DNA of 64,000 bases, taken from assembly GCA_963794325.1 (NCBI GenBank), contig CAWCDG010000004.1, positions 64,001 to 128,000 of the forward strand, in the 5' to 3' direction. This DNA comes from an uncultured delta proteobacterium (GTDB taxonomy: Bacteria; Desulfobacterota; Binatia; Binatales; Binataceae). Below are positions 1 to 9,763 of this stretch, piece by piece. The notes below the pieces were generated by a model. It saw only the letters and a program-made list of their open reading frames with translations, searched no databases and was not told where the DNA came from. The first letter of the stretch is position 1. Each line of letters begins with the position of its first letter. Both the position numbers and the translations under genes were made by a program.

Positions 1-130
1 TGAGTTGCCTACTGCTGATTCTCAAGAGCCACCTGCCCGAGGGTTCTCAGTCACCCAAATTGACTATTCGGGAACCGAAAGCCGCAAATGCGACCGGCTC
101 TTTTAGCGTAGAACTTTTCGGAAATCGGGA

Positions 131-1792
131 CTAGGCAGCCGCCGGAGCTCGCGCGAGTTCGAAGGCGCCCAGCTCGATGCCGTCATTCGAGCGCAGGACT
201 ATCTTGGTCTGAAGCCGCTGCTCGAGGGTCTCGAGGTCCTTTGCGCCGTGATCGTACAGGTAGCGCGCGACTTCCGGATTCAGCTTGACGATCAGCATAT
301 CGCCCGCCGACTTCGAGACTGCTTCGCGCTGAATCCCGCGCAGGACCTCGGCGGCGAGGGTCGGCACGGATTTCACGACGCGCCGTCCTTCGCATCGCGG
401 ACAGTTGTCGGTCAGCAATTTTTCCAGGCTCTCGCGGGTGCGCTTGCGCGTCATCTGCACCAGTCCCAGCTCGGAAATCTTGAGCGCCGAGGTCCGCGCC
501 TTGTCGCGCTTGAGCGCGGTCGCCAGCGCGTCGCTGACTTTTTTGCGATCGCCCTCGCGCGCCATATCGATAAAATCGACGATGATGATCCCGCCGATAT
601 TGCGCAGCCGCAGTTGCTTCACCACTTCTTCGACCGCTTCGAGATTGGTCTTGGCGATCGTGTCGTCCTGGCTGCGCTTGCCGACGAAGCGCCCAGTGTT
701 CACGTCGATCGCGGTGAGAGCCTCAGCCTGATCGAAAATCAGATAGCCGCCCGACTTGAGCCAGACCTTGCGGTCGAGCGCGCGCTCGATTTGCGGCTCG
801 ACATTGAAACGATCGAACAACGGCTGCGGCCCATCATGCAGCGTTACCCGCGCGCGCAACCGCGGCATGTAATTCTGCACGAACTGGACGACGCGGCTGT
901 AGGTCGTCGGATCGTCGCACCATAGCCGGTCAACTTCGCTGGAAAACATATCGCGCACGACACGCAACGCCACGTCGAGATCGCTGTACAGGATCGATGC
1001 CGGCGGCATGCTCTCGTTCTTGCGCAGAATCGAGCTCCACAACTTGGTCAAAAACGCGACGTCGCGCTGAATCTCGCGACGGCTGACACCCTCGCACGCC
1101 GTCCGCACGATAAACCCGCCCTGCGCGGGTCTAAGTTCTCCCACGTCCTGCCGCAGCCGCGCGCGTTCCTCCGCGCTCGCGATTCGCCGCGACACTCCGA
1201 TGTGATTGCTGGTCGGCGTAAAGACCAGATGGCGTCCCGGCAGCGAGATAGACGACGTCAGCCGCGCCCCCTTGGTGCCCATCGGTTCCTTGGCGATCTG
1301 CACGATGATGTCCTGGCCGCGACGCAGTTGCTGTTCGATCGGAAGTCGCGATCGATTCGGCGCCTGGCTGCGCCCCCGGCCTCGACCACCGCGACGACGC
1401 CCGCGCGACGGCCTCGGCTCGCTCCCGTCGCCGTTGCCATTGACGCTGTCGGCAGCCTCTTCCCCGGTGCTCGACTCCGCGTCGGCAAATTCATTCTCGC
1501 CGACCGGCTCGGTCTCGACGTCTTCCTCACCGAGCACTTCCGCAACCGTGTTGAGCGCGGAGACTCCGTCATGAAAATCCGAGACGTGGAGGAAGCCCGC
1601 CTTCTCGAGGCCGATATCGACGAACGCCGCCTGCATCCCGGGCAGCACGCGGGTGACCTTGCCCTTATAGATGTTCCCCGCCAGTCCGACCTGCCGATTG
1701 CGCTCGAGGAAAAATTCGGCGAGCTCGTTATCTTCAAGCAGCGCGACCCGCACTTCGAGTGCGGACGCGTTAATTGCAATTTCTCGTTTCAC
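131..1792 (-). CDS. rng: Ribonuclease E/G family (Rne/Rng) endoribonuclease
   Basis: GNIYKGKVTRVLPGMQAAFVDIG S1 motif, KEPMGTKGARLT, IDVNTG, LRLRNIGGIIIVDFIDM, CPRC zinc link; no long C-terminal scaffold. Confidence 0.93.
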   Translation of the reverse strand: MKREIAINASALEVRVALLEDNELAEFFLERNRQVGLAGNIYKGKVTRVLPGMQAAFVDIGLEKAGFLHVSDFHDGVSALNTVAEVLGEEDVETEPVGENEFADAESSTGEEAADSVNGNGDGSEPRPSRGRRRGGRGRGRSQAPNRSRLPIEQQLRRGQDIIVQIAKEPMGTKGARLTSSISLPGRHLVFTPTSNHIGVSRRIASAEERARLRQDVGELRPAQGGFIVRTACEGVSRREIQRDVAFLTKLWSSILRKNESMPPASILYSDLDVALRVVRDMFSSEVDRLWCDDPTTYSRVVQFVQNYMPRLRARVTLHDGPQPLFDRFNVEPQIERALDRKVWLKSGGYLIFDQAEALTAIDVNTGRFVGKRSQDDTIAKTNLEAVEEVVKQLRLRNIGGIIIVDFIDMAREGDRKKVSDALATALKRDKARTSALKISELGLVQMTRKRTRESLEKLLTDNCPRCEGRRVVKSVPTLAAEVLRGIQREAVSKSAGDMLIVKLNPEVARYLYDHGAKDLETLEQRLQTKIVLRSNDGIELGAFELARAPAAA

Positions 1793-1942
1793 AAATCGAC
1801 TCTCTATTCCGGCAAATCCGACAGACTTGCTTCAACAAAAATGATGCGCCGGGATTCGTCGCGAGGGCCGCGCGAGCTCCCGAAAAACCGCTCGCGTCCG
1901 ATGGGACATCGTTTTACCCTTTGCGTCGACAACTTGTGCAGG

Positions 1943-1971
1943 ATCATACGAGGCACGCTGGACCTCCGCAA
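1943..1971 (-). promoter_or_regulatory. Putative sigma70 promoter of rng (TTGCGG-N17-TATGAT)
   Basis: Minus-strand hexamers at 1966-1971 and 1943-1948 with 17-bp spacing, about 145 nt upstream of the start codon. Confidence 0.45.
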
Positions 1972-2050
1972 GCAAGCGCGCTTGGTGAATCAATAACGCG
2001 CTTTTAATCCACAGCTATCTTGACTTGGTATCTTGGGGCCGATAGTCGTC

Positions 2051-2704
2051 ATGGGGATGTCTGCTGCGGCCGACATGGTTGCGCCCAGTCTCCCGGGAGC
2101 GGGCCTGCTCAACAGCAAGGTCCTCGTTCTCAATCGCTCTTATCTCCCCGTTCATGTTACGTCGGTCAAACGTGCGTTTGCGCTGCTTTATCAGGGCGTT
2201 GCCAAGGCCGTCGATGAGCAGTATCACACCTTTGATTTCGAGAGCTGGCGCGATCTGTCAATTGAGGTTCAGCACGAGCGCCTCGGGATCGTGAACGGCT
2301 TCATCCGGGTCCCGCGCGTCCTGCTGCTGACGGCGTACGAGCGCGTGCCGAAGCGCCACGTGAGATTCTCGCGCTTCAACATCTTTGCCCGCGACGGCAA
2401 CACCTGCCAATACTGCCACAAGAAATTGCCGCGCACCGAGCTGAATCTCGACCACGTCATCCCGCGCTCACGCGGCGGAATGTCGACGTGGGAGAACATC
2501 GTATGCTCGTGCCATCACTGCAATCGCCGCAAGGGCGGCCGCACCCCCGAGGAAGCCGGGATGCATCTGTTCCGCCGCCCGCGCCGCCCCGAATGGACGC
2601 CATTTTCGTCGGAAATGTTCAGCCTGAAGCGCTACCGCGAGTGGATGCCCTACCTGTCGCAGGTAGATAGCGCGTATTGGAACACTGAGCTGATCCAGGA
2701 TTAA
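2051..2704 (+). CDS. HNH endonuclease (McrA-like, COG1403 type)
   Basis: VLVLNRSY N-terminus, RDGNTCQYC...LDHVIPRSRGG..TWENIVCSCHHCNRRKG; start could be ATG 2051, 2057 or 2075. Confidence 0.9.
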   Translation: MGMSAAADMVAPSLPGAGLLNSKVLVLNRSYLPVHVTSVKRAFALLYQGVAKAVDEQYHTFDFESWRDLSIEVQHERLGIVNGFIRVPRVLLLTAYERVPKRHVRFSRFNIFARDGNTCQYCHKKLPRTELNLDHVIPRSRGGMSTWENIVCSCHHCNRRKGGRTPEEAGMHLFRRPRRPEWTPFSSEMFSLKRYREWMPYLSQVDSAYWNTELIQD

Positions 2705-2709
2705 CTTGC

Positions 2710-2982
2710 CTAGAGCTTGCTGAGCAGCTTGCCGCATTCTTCGCGCGAACCAATCCAGAACCAAACGATCTGATCCGCATACGGTTTAATGCCGAGGGCT
2801 CGATAGTGAATACCGACCCTGACTGACCAAATTGGTCGCTTGGGGTGGACAGACTTGAAGCGCAGACTGGGATGAAACGGGTCTTGGACGAACTGCTTAT
2901 AGGCGTCTTTGGCCAGCCGCTGGATAGGCTTCGGGATGGCGTAGTAGCAGGCCCAAAAATCTCTTGTAGTCCGGGAGGTCAG
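2710..2982 (-). CDS. RelE/ParE-like toxin (90 aa, CTG start; missing from the ORF track, possibly attenuated)
   Basis: Manual translation: (M)TSRTTRDFWACYYAIPKPIQRLAKDAYKQFVQDPFHPSLRFKSVHPKRPIWSVRVGIHYRALGIKPYADQIVWFWIGSREECGKLLSKL; HPSLRFK/SVRVG/YRALG/WFWIGS motifs; directly downstream of a small acidic ORF. Confidence 0.8.
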   Translation of the reverse strand: MTSRTTRDFWACYYAIPKPIQRLAKDAYKQFVQDPFHPSLRFKSVHPKRPIWSVRVGIHYRALGIKPYADQIVWFWIGSREECGKLLSKL

Positions 2983-2985
2983 AGT

Positions 2986-3219
2986 TTAGAGCTTGGAAAG
3001 TTTGGCGAGATCGAGTATTTCGGTGCGCCCCTCGGAAAACTCCGCGAGCGCCCGATCAGCGAGTTTCTCAAGTTTGTCCGCTGACGCAGCAAAAAGAGCG
3101 TCCCACTCCCGCTCATCATTTTCGATAAGCTGGAGAAGCCACTCGGCGAACGCGTCCTGTTCGTACTCCGGCAGCTCTTCAGAAGCTCTCTTAAATGCCT
3201 TTGCAAGAAGCTCAGTCAT
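2986..3219 (-). CDS. Putative antitoxin (77 aa) of the ParE-like toxin
   Basis: MTELLAKAFKRASEELPEYEQDAFAEWLL..DEREWDALF..S.DKLEKLADRALAE pattern typical of partners of this toxin class. Confidence 0.75.
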   Translation of the reverse strand: MTELLAKAFKRASEELPEYEQDAFAEWLLQLIENDEREWDALFAASADKLEKLADRALAEFSEGRTEILDLAKLSKL

Positions 3220-3442
3220 ACATTCACTGTATCAGCAGAATTCAAGTAATTCCAACCAGAAGGCGCGAGCCCCCTGGCATAAACGCGATCTGAAGAGTTC
3301 GCGATCCAACAGCTCGATTCCACTACTAACTGTGGATACCCGTCCGCCAACCCACGATATGTTGCGTATCCTCTTGACCCTCTGAGGGTGGTTTAGGATA
3401 AACTTCTGACGAAGTGGTGGATGCGGTGGAGGCGGAGAAAGC

Positions 3443-6400
3443 ATGCGTCTTAAGAGCCTTGAATTACTGGGCTTCAAATCATTTCTCGACTCGACGACGA
3501 TAAGTTTCGCGCCGGGGATGACCGCCGTGGTCGGTCCCAACGGATGCGGCAAATCGAACGTCGTTGACGCGATCCGATGGGTGCTCGGCGAGCAGGCGCC
3601 GACCCGCCTGCGCGGCAAGAGCGTCGAGGACCTTATCTACGCCGGCAACGAGTCGAATCCCGCGGCCGGGATGGCCGAAGTTTCGCTCGTACTCGAGGCC
3701 GAAGAAGGCAGCCAGCTTCCGGAGCCGTACTCCGCACTCAGCGAGGTCGCGGTCACGCGTCGCGCGTATCGCTCGGGCGAGTCGGAATACCTGCTCAACA
3801 AGATTCCATGCCGCCTGAAGGACATCACCGAATTTTTTATGGCCGCGCAGATTCACAGCCGCGGCTACTCGCTCGTCGAGCAGGGGCGCATCGAGGAAAT
3901 CATCCAGGCCAAACCGCACGAGCTGCGCACTCTCGTCGAGGAAGCGGCGGGGCTGTCGCTGTTCAAGGGTCGGCGCGAGATGAGCGAGCGCAAGCTCGAG
4001 CGCGTCAAGGAAAATCTTTCGCGGGTCGACGACGTGCTCAGTGAGATCGAGCGCCAGCTAAGCTTTGCGCGCCGGCAAGCCAAAAAGGCCGAGACCTACA
4101 AAGTCGTCAAGGCAGAACTCGGTGAGCTGGAACGTTACTCGGCAGCGCGGCGTCTGATCGATCAGCGCGAAGAGCTGGCGACACAGAGCAATCGCGACGC
4201 GGAGTTGAAGAGCGCGCTCGATGGGGCGCGCGCCGGAGCGTCGGCGATACGGGAGCAAGTCGACAATGCATCGTCCGCTGCGCAATCGGCGCGGTCGGAA
4301 TTGGGCGGTGCCCAGCGCGAACTCGAGAATCTTCACACCGGCGCCAATGAACGCGCGCGTACGCGCACCTTCCTGCAGCGGCGCCTCGATGCGACCGCGC
4401 AGCTTGAAATCGATCTGAGCGCGCGGCTGGTCGAGCTCGAAGCAAAGGCCACGCTCGCGCGGGCAAATCGCGCCGAAGCTGGTGCGACGCTCGCGCGCGA
4501 AATCGCTGCCGGCGGCGGCGATGCTGACGCCGCGCTCAAAGAAATCACGCTCAAGCACGAAGTTGCGGTTAACGAACTAAAGCAGGCCGAGCGGCGCGGC
4601 GAAGAATGCAAAGACGACCTGTCCGACGTCGTGCGCGAAGCCGCGGTCATTCGCGGCCGTCTGGGCGATCTCGCCGGAGAGCGCGCCGATCTTGAAAAGC
4701 GCCTCGAAGCGACCACGCTTGAAGCGCCCGCCCTGGTCGCAGAGCTTGAAACCGCGCGAGAGCTGATAGGCGCGGCGGAGACGGATCTCGAACAATCGCG
4801 TGCCGCCGCGACCGATCTCGATGGAATACGGCGCACCGCCGCCGAGCACGAGATCGAAGCGCGCACCGCGCTCGACCATTTGACCGCGCGGGTCAATTCG
4901 CTGCGCGCTGTATTGGTCGCGCGCGGCGAGCTGCAATTAAATCCTTCGTCGAGCGGCGTTGACCTCCGGCTCCGTACGATTCTCGAATCGCTCAACGGCG
5001 ATCGTCCCGCGACCGACCCTTCGATTCTAAAACAAGTCGTGCGCGCGCCTCTCGCACTGGAACCGGCTCTCAAAGCCGTGCTCGGCGATCAGATGGACGC
5101 GGTGATAGTCGAATCGCCGCAGTTTGCTATTCGCGCGATCGAGATCCTCAAAGAAAATCGCGCGGGCCGGATGGATTTCGTGCAGGAGCCGGACACCGCA
5201 ATCGCGGCTCATCCGTCGATCAGTGCGCCCGGTATCGCGGGACGGCTGGTCGAGATGCTCGAAGTCGAATCGCGTTTTTCGCCGGTCGCCGAAGCGATGC
5301 TCGGTCATGTGATGCTCGCCGACGATCTCCATTCCGCGATCGCCGCGTCGAATCTCAACGGCCACGGAACAGTTTTCGTGACCCGCGATGGCGACCTCGT
5401 GATGCCTGGCCGAATGATCAGCGGCGGTAGCACTGAAGAAAATCATGCCGCAGTGGACCTCGCAGCAATTGAAGCGGAGACCCGCGAACTCACTCGCGCC
5501 GAAGAGGAGCATCGCGCCCGCGTCGGCCAATTCGCCTCGATTCGTGCCGAGCGCGAGCGCGCGGACGCCGATCTCGAGAATGGACGAGGCAAGGCGCGCG
5601 AGGCGGAGCGAATCGCTATCGAGCGTCGCGGCGCTTTGGCCCGCGCCGAGCAAGCGGTCGCGCTGGCAGAAGCGCACGGCGGCAACTCGCGCCGCCGTCT
5701 CGGCGAACTGGCCGAGCTTGTGATCACCTCGAACGCACGCTTGGAAGAGCTCGCGAAGATCGAACAGGAAGCGCGCGCCCGCTTGAGCGTGATCGCCGGC
5801 GAGATCGCGACGCTCCGCATGGCGGCCGAGGATATCGACGCAGTGATGCTCGAAGTCGCGTCAAAAGTCGAAGCGCGCAAGTCGCGCCTCGATGCGCTCG
5901 AAAGAGAACTGGAGCATGCGCGACGCGAGGCGGACTCGTTCGAAGCGCAAATCGATGAGCATCGCGCGACTCTGGAACGCTCGCACGCCGAACGCGCCGA
6001 GTTCGATCGCGAACTCGAAAATCTTTCCGCACAGGATGTCGGCGCGCGTTCCCGCGAGACCGACCTCGAAGCAGAACTCTCGCGCCTGCGCGCACAATGC
6101 GATTCGTCCGATCACGAATTGGAAGCCCGCCGCGCCGATTACAAGAGTGCGCAAGAAGCGCTGACCGCTCTGGAAGCCGAAGCGAACGAATGCGCCCTCA
6201 AGCGTGAACGCGCCCGTGCGCTCAGCGAAGAATTGGCGCGCGCCTTCATCGAAAAATTCGGCGCCGAGTTCGACGCCATGGCGGCCGAGATAATTCCCGC
6301 GCTCGACGGCAGAATCGCCGCCGATGACGACGCGCGAATTATCGAGCTGCGCGCCAAGATGGAACGAATCGGCGAGGTAAACCTCGCCGCCGACAGCGAA

Positions 6401-6970
6401 GTCAAAGAACTCGAAGAACGCGCGGGCGTCCTCGGCACCGAGCGCGCCGACTTGCAAAGCGCGCTCGACGACTTGACCAAAACGATCACGCATCTCAATC
6501 GCGAGGCGCGCAAACGGTTCGCCGAGACTTTCGAGGGCGCGGCGAAAAACTTTGCCGAGCTGTTCCCCAAGCTGCTCCGCGGCGGCAAGGGACGCCTCGA
6601 ACTGACTGACGCCGGCGACGTGCTCGAGGCGGGCGTCAACGTCCTCGTGCAGCCGCCCGGCAAGAAGGTCAAAGAGATCGGCCTGCTGTCAGGGGGCGAG
6701 AAGGCGCTGTCCGCGATGGCTCTGATCTTCTCGCTGTTCCTGCTCAACCCCAGCCCGTTCTGCGTGATGGACGAAGTCGATGCGCCGCTCGACGAGTTCA
6801 GCCTCGCCGCGTTCACGACGCTGATGGCCGAGCTGAAGACGCGCTCGCAGTTCATCGTGATCACGCACAACCAGCGCACGATGCAGCGCGCCGACCAGAT
6901 TCACGGCGTCACGATGGATCGCCCCGGCGTCTCGCGGATCATCTCACTGCGAATCCCGCAAGCCGCGTAA
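3443..6970 (+). CDS. smc: Chromosome segregation protein SMC
   Basis: GFKSF, Walker A GPNGCGKSN, long coiled coils with central hinge, LSGGEK signature, DEVDAPLD Walker B. Confidence 0.97.
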   Translation: MRLKSLELLGFKSFLDSTTISFAPGMTAVVGPNGCGKSNVVDAIRWVLGEQAPTRLRGKSVEDLIYAGNESNPAAGMAEVSLVLEAEEGSQLPEPYSALSEVAVTRRAYRSGESEYLLNKIPCRLKDITEFFMAAQIHSRGYSLVEQGRIEEIIQAKPHELRTLVEEAAGLSLFKGRREMSERKLERVKENLSRVDDVLSEIERQLSFARRQAKKAETYKVVKAELGELERYSAARRLIDQREELATQSNRDAELKSALDGARAGASAIREQVDNASSAAQSARSELGGAQRELENLHTGANERARTRTFLQRRLDATAQLEIDLSARLVELEAKATLARANRAEAGATLAREIAAGGGDADAALKEITLKHEVAVNELKQAERRGEECKDDLSDVVREAAVIRGRLGDLAGERADLEKRLEATTLEAPALVAELETARELIGAAETDLEQSRAAATDLDGIRRTAAEHEIEARTALDHLTARVNSLRAVLVARGELQLNPSSSGVDLRLRTILESLNGDRPATDPSILKQVVRAPLALEPALKAVLGDQMDAVIVESPQFAIRAIEILKENRAGRMDFVQEPDTAIAAHPSISAPGIAGRLVEMLEVESRFSPVAEAMLGHVMLADDLHSAIAASNLNGHGTVFVTRDGDLVMPGRMISGGSTEENHAAVDLAAIEAETRELTRAEEEHRARVGQFASIRAERERADADLENGRGKAREAERIAIERRGALARAEQAVALAEAHGGNSRRRLGELAELVITSNARLEELAKIEQEARARLSVIAGEIATLRMAAEDIDAVMLEVASKVEARKSRLDALERELEHARREADSFEAQIDEHRATLERSHAERAEFDRELENLSAQDVGARSRETDLEAELSRLRAQCDSSDHELEARRADYKSAQEALTALEAEANECALKRERARALSEELARAFIEKFGAEFDAMAAEIIPALDGRIAADDDARIIELRAKMERIGEVNLAADSEVKELEERAGVLGTERADLQSALDDLTKTITHLNREARKRFAETFEGAAKNFAELFPKLLRGGKGRLELTDAGDVLEAGVNVLVQPPGKKVKEIGLLSGGEKALSAMALIFSLFLLNPSPFCVMDEVDAPLDEFSLAAFTTLMAELKTRSQFIVITHNQRTMQRADQIHGVTMDRPGVSRIISLRIPQAA

Positions 6971-6985
6971 CAAGAATCAGAAACG

Positions 6986-7027
6986 AAGCGGCGCGACGAT
7001 CATCATGATTGTCGCGCCGCTTTTTTT
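6986..7027 (+). terminator. Rho-independent terminator between convergent smc and SDR genes
   Basis: AAGCGGCGCGACGATC/GATTGTCGCGCCGCTT stem followed by a T7 run. Confidence 0.8.
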
Positions 7028-7042
7028 CAAAATCGCGAGCGG

Positions 7043-7891
7043 CTAGATCAAACTGTATCCGCTGCCCTTGCGCTCGAATCCAATTCCGAGACTGTTCACT
7101 TTGATTCCGTACTGCTTCAGCAACGACTGACTGTATGTCACCAGGCCCGTCACCTTGTCGAGCGGCTCCGTTGCGAGAATAAGCGCCGACTGCGCCATCC
7201 ATTCGACTGGCTCGCCCGTCGGATCGTCGGGGCCTGTCACCAGATGATGATGCACCGTGCCGGGAGTCGCGACGACTTGCGACGGCGATACGCACGTCAC
7301 TGAGATTCCATCTTCATAAACTTCTTCGGCAAGTCCCTGCGTGAAGCGTTCGAGTGCCGCCTTCTCCGCGCCGTAGCATACGCCGCCGCGAAACGGAGTG
7401 TCGTTCTTGTACGGTCCGCGGCCCGGTCCGATCGCCGCGCCCGATGAAATATTGACGATCGATCCAGACTTGCGCGGGATCATGTCCTTGAGCACGAGGT
7501 GACTCAGCATAAACGGGCCGTGAAGATTGACAGCGAACGATCGCATCCATCGCTTCGGCGGGAAATCCTTGACCGGGATGAAATAGGTCAGCGCCGCGTT
7601 GTTCACCAGAACGTCAACTGGTCCGTACAGCTTGTGCGTTTCTGCGATAAGCTTCTCGCAGTCGGCTTCCGACGAGACATCGCAAGTGACCGCCTCGGCC
7701 TCGCCGCCCGCCTTTTTGATTCCGGCGACCGTCGTCTCGAGCGATCCTTCCAGCGGATGCTCTCCCTCTTTCAGCGTGCGCGCCGAGCACACAACCTTCG
7801 CACCTTCCTTGGCGAACAAGTCCGCGATCGCCTTCCCGATCCCGCGACTCGCACCGGTTACGATTGCAACCTTACCCTTGAGCTTGGCCAT
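7043..7891 (-). CDS. Short-chain dehydrogenase/reductase
   Basis: TGASRGIG, NNAA, YGAEK catalytic YxxxK. Confidence 0.92.
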   Translation of the reverse strand: MAKLKGKVAIVTGASRGIGKAIADLFAKEGAKVVCSARTLKEGEHPLEGSLETTVAGIKKAGGEAEAVTCDVSSEADCEKLIAETHKLYGPVDVLVNNAALTYFIPVKDFPPKRWMRSFAVNLHGPFMLSHLVLKDMIPRKSGSIVNISSGAAIGPGRGPYKNDTPFRGGVCYGAEKAALERFTQGLAEEVYEDGISVTCVSPSQVVATPGTVHHHLVTGPDDPTGEPVEWMAQSALILATEPLDKVTGLVTYSQSLLKQYGIKVNSLGIGFERKGSGYSLI

Positions 7892-7974
7892 CTAAAGATC
7901 TCCCTCGATGATGGGTCCGCGTGAATTGAGATCTCGTCGCGGCCCACATTTCTTATAGCGAGGAACGTAATCAA

Positions 7975-8034
7975 ATGTGAAACCCTTCGCGGGTTTCACG
8001 CTTCCGCGGCAGGGGTGACCCCTGCACCCGTATT
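7975..8034 (+). repeat. Two-hairpin intergenic repeat, family A copy 1
   Basis: GTGAAACCC/GGGTTTCAC hairpin + GGCAGGGGTGACCCCTGCAC..GTATT; related copies at 28776-28837 and 41645-41724. Confidence 0.75.
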
Positions 8035-8040
8035 CTTTGT

Positions 8041-8154
8041 GTCATTCTGAGCGAAAGCTGCTGTAGCGAAGAATCTCGACAGACGCTCTTGCGGCTGGCG
8101 TCGACGCGAGAGAGACGCGCTGCGCGCGAGATCCTTCGCTGCGCTCAGGATGAC
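8041..8154. repeat. REP/REPIN-like palindromic element, family B (GTCATTCTGAGCG...CGCTCAGGATGAC)
   Basis: Inverted arms; 8041-8080 is the exact reverse complement of 45011-45050; partial copies at 14114-14132, 20017-20041 and 41685-41710. Confidence 0.8.
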
Positions 8155-8252
8155 GCGAATCGCGGTGCGGTCCGGGTTTCCGATGACCACCGCGACTGTT
8201 ATTCTTTCCATCGAAGTTCCTCAGAATTTATTTCCCCCGGGACGATCAACCT

Positions 8253-9464
8253 GTGAGCCCTCTCGCTATCGTATTCATTCTGATTATCGCCGCGGGCGGC
8301 GGCGCGGGCCTCGTCTTCATCGGGGTCCTCATTCAGTGGAGCCTGCGCAAGGCGCTCCCGTCGCGTCCGGCTCAGCCGGAAATCGAGGCTGCGCCGCAAG
8401 TCGAGCCATTACCGCCGCCTGAGCTTGCGCCGGAACCGACGACCGAGCTCGCGCAGCCGGTCCCCACACCAGAACCCCAGCCTGAGCCAGAGCCGTATGT
8501 CGCGCCGCCTCCGCCGGTTCGCGAGCCGGTGCGAATCGGGCTCGGACTGCGCAAGACGCGCGAGAACTTTCTCGCGCGCATCAGGGCTGCGCTGACCGGC
8601 AGCGCGAAAATCGACGACATATATGAAGGCCTCGAGGAAGCGCTGATCGCCGCCGACGTTGGCGTCGATGCGAGCATGAAGATTTCAGCCGCAGTGCGCG
8701 CGAAGTTGGGCAACGACAATCGCCCCGACGCGATCCGCGACGCCCTCAAGGCCGAGATCGCCACAATCATGATGTCCGCGGATCGCGCGCCTGCCGACTC
8801 GGGCGATGCGCCGCTGGTTATCATGCTGGTCGGCGTCAACGGCGTCGGCAAAACGACGACCGTCGCGAAGCTCGCTGCGCGCTTCAAGAGCGAGCGCGGC
8901 AGCGTGATCGTCGCGGCGGCCGATACCTTCCGCGCGGCCGCAATCGAGCAGCTCGAAGTATGGTGCGATCGCGCCGGCGCCGACATTATCAAGCAATCGC
9001 AAGGATCCGATCCTGCCGCGGTCGCCTTCGACGCCGTAAAAGCCGCGATCGCGCGCAAAACGAGCACGGTGCTGATCGACACGGCCGGGCGCCTTCAAAC
9101 CAAAGTTAATTTGATGGAGGAGCTCAAGAAGATTGCCCGCGTTGTCGCGCGCGAGTTGCCCGGCGCGCCGCATGAGACCTGGCTGGTGCTCGACGCCAAC
9201 ACGGGTCAGAATGCGCTCAGTCAGGCTTCGATTTTTGGCGACGCGGTGCCGCTCACCGGAGTGGTGCTGGCCAAGCTCGACAGCACGGCGAAGGGCGGCG
9301 TGGTGGTTGCGGTGGCGGAGCGCCTCAAGATTCCGGTGCGGTTTGTGGGACTCGGCGAGGCGATCGAGGATTTGCGCGAGTTCGACGCGCGCGAATTTGT
9401 CGAAGCGCTGTTTGCAACTGACGGCGCAGGAGAGCAGAGTTCCAGCGGCTCTTATGCAGCTTGA
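8253..9464 (+). CDS. ftsY: Signal recognition particle receptor FtsY (N-terminal TM helix and Pro-rich linker)
   Basis: GVNGVGKTTT, DTFRAAAIEQL, DTAGRL, KLDSTAKGG motifs. Confidence 0.96.
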   Translation: MSPLAIVFILIIAAGGGAGLVFIGVLIQWSLRKALPSRPAQPEIEAAPQVEPLPPPELAPEPTTELAQPVPTPEPQPEPEPYVAPPPPVREPVRIGLGLRKTRENFLARIRAALTGSAKIDDIYEGLEEALIAADVGVDASMKISAAVRAKLGNDNRPDAIRDALKAEIATIMMSADRAPADSGDAPLVIMLVGVNGVGKTTTVAKLAARFKSERGSVIVAAADTFRAAAIEQLEVWCDRAGADIIKQSQGSDPAAVAFDAVKAAIARKTSTVLIDTAGRLQTKVNLMEELKKIARVVARELPGAPHETWLVLDANTGQNALSQASIFGDAVPLTGVVLAKLDSTAKGGVVVAVAERLKIPVRFVGLGEAIEDLREFDAREFVEALFATDGAGEQSSSGSYAA

Positions 9465-9490
9465 CAGCGTAGTTTATCGAAATTTAAACT
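9461..9490 (+). promoter_or_regulatory. Putative sigma70 promoter for zapB-zapA (TTGACA-N18-TAAACT)
   Basis: Consensus -35 overlapping the ftsY stop codon; -10 lies 21 nt before the zapB start. Confidence 0.55.
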
Positions 9491-9511
9491 AAAGGTAGAA
9501 GATTTTCTCTC

Positions 9512-9760
9512 ATGGCCACAGATGTCTTAAAGCAACTAGACGAACGAATTCAAGCTTCCGTTGCGCGTATCCAGCAATTGCGCAAGGAAAATGAGCAACT
9601 CGCGCAGAAGCTTGCGGAAATGGAAAAACGCTATGCCGACGCGTCCGGCATGGTTAAGCAGCTGAGCGCCGAACGCCAGCAGCATGAAAACGAGCGCAAC
9701 GACGTGCGCACCCGGATCGAGAAAATCCTCACCCGCTTCGACGGGATCGATCTTGGATAG
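9512..9760 (+). CDS. zapB: ZapB-like coiled-coil cell division protein
   Basis: 82-aa coiled coil (L..LDERIQ.SV..IQQLRKEN...VRTRIEKIL) directly upstream of zapA. Confidence 0.7.
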   Translation: MATDVLKQLDERIQASVARIQQLRKENEQLAQKLAEMEKRYADASGMVKQLSAERQQHENERNDVRTRIEKILTRFDGIDLG

Positions 9761-9763
9761 AAA

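Noticed and set aside
1-130. Possible riboswitch or ncRNA at the window start
   Set aside because: GAAA/GCAAA-like words are present but I could not build a convincing known fold; truncated by the window edge
2051-3219. HNH nuclease plus TA pair as a defence system or RNA-guided nuclease
   Set aside because: The HNH is a common stand-alone McrA-like type, convergent to the TA pair, with no RuvC domain, array or evident guide RNA
2005-3339. DnaA-box-like 9-mers (TAATCCACA near 2005; TGTGGATAC at 3331)
   Set aside because: Isolated one-mismatch hits with no cluster or AT-rich unwinding element
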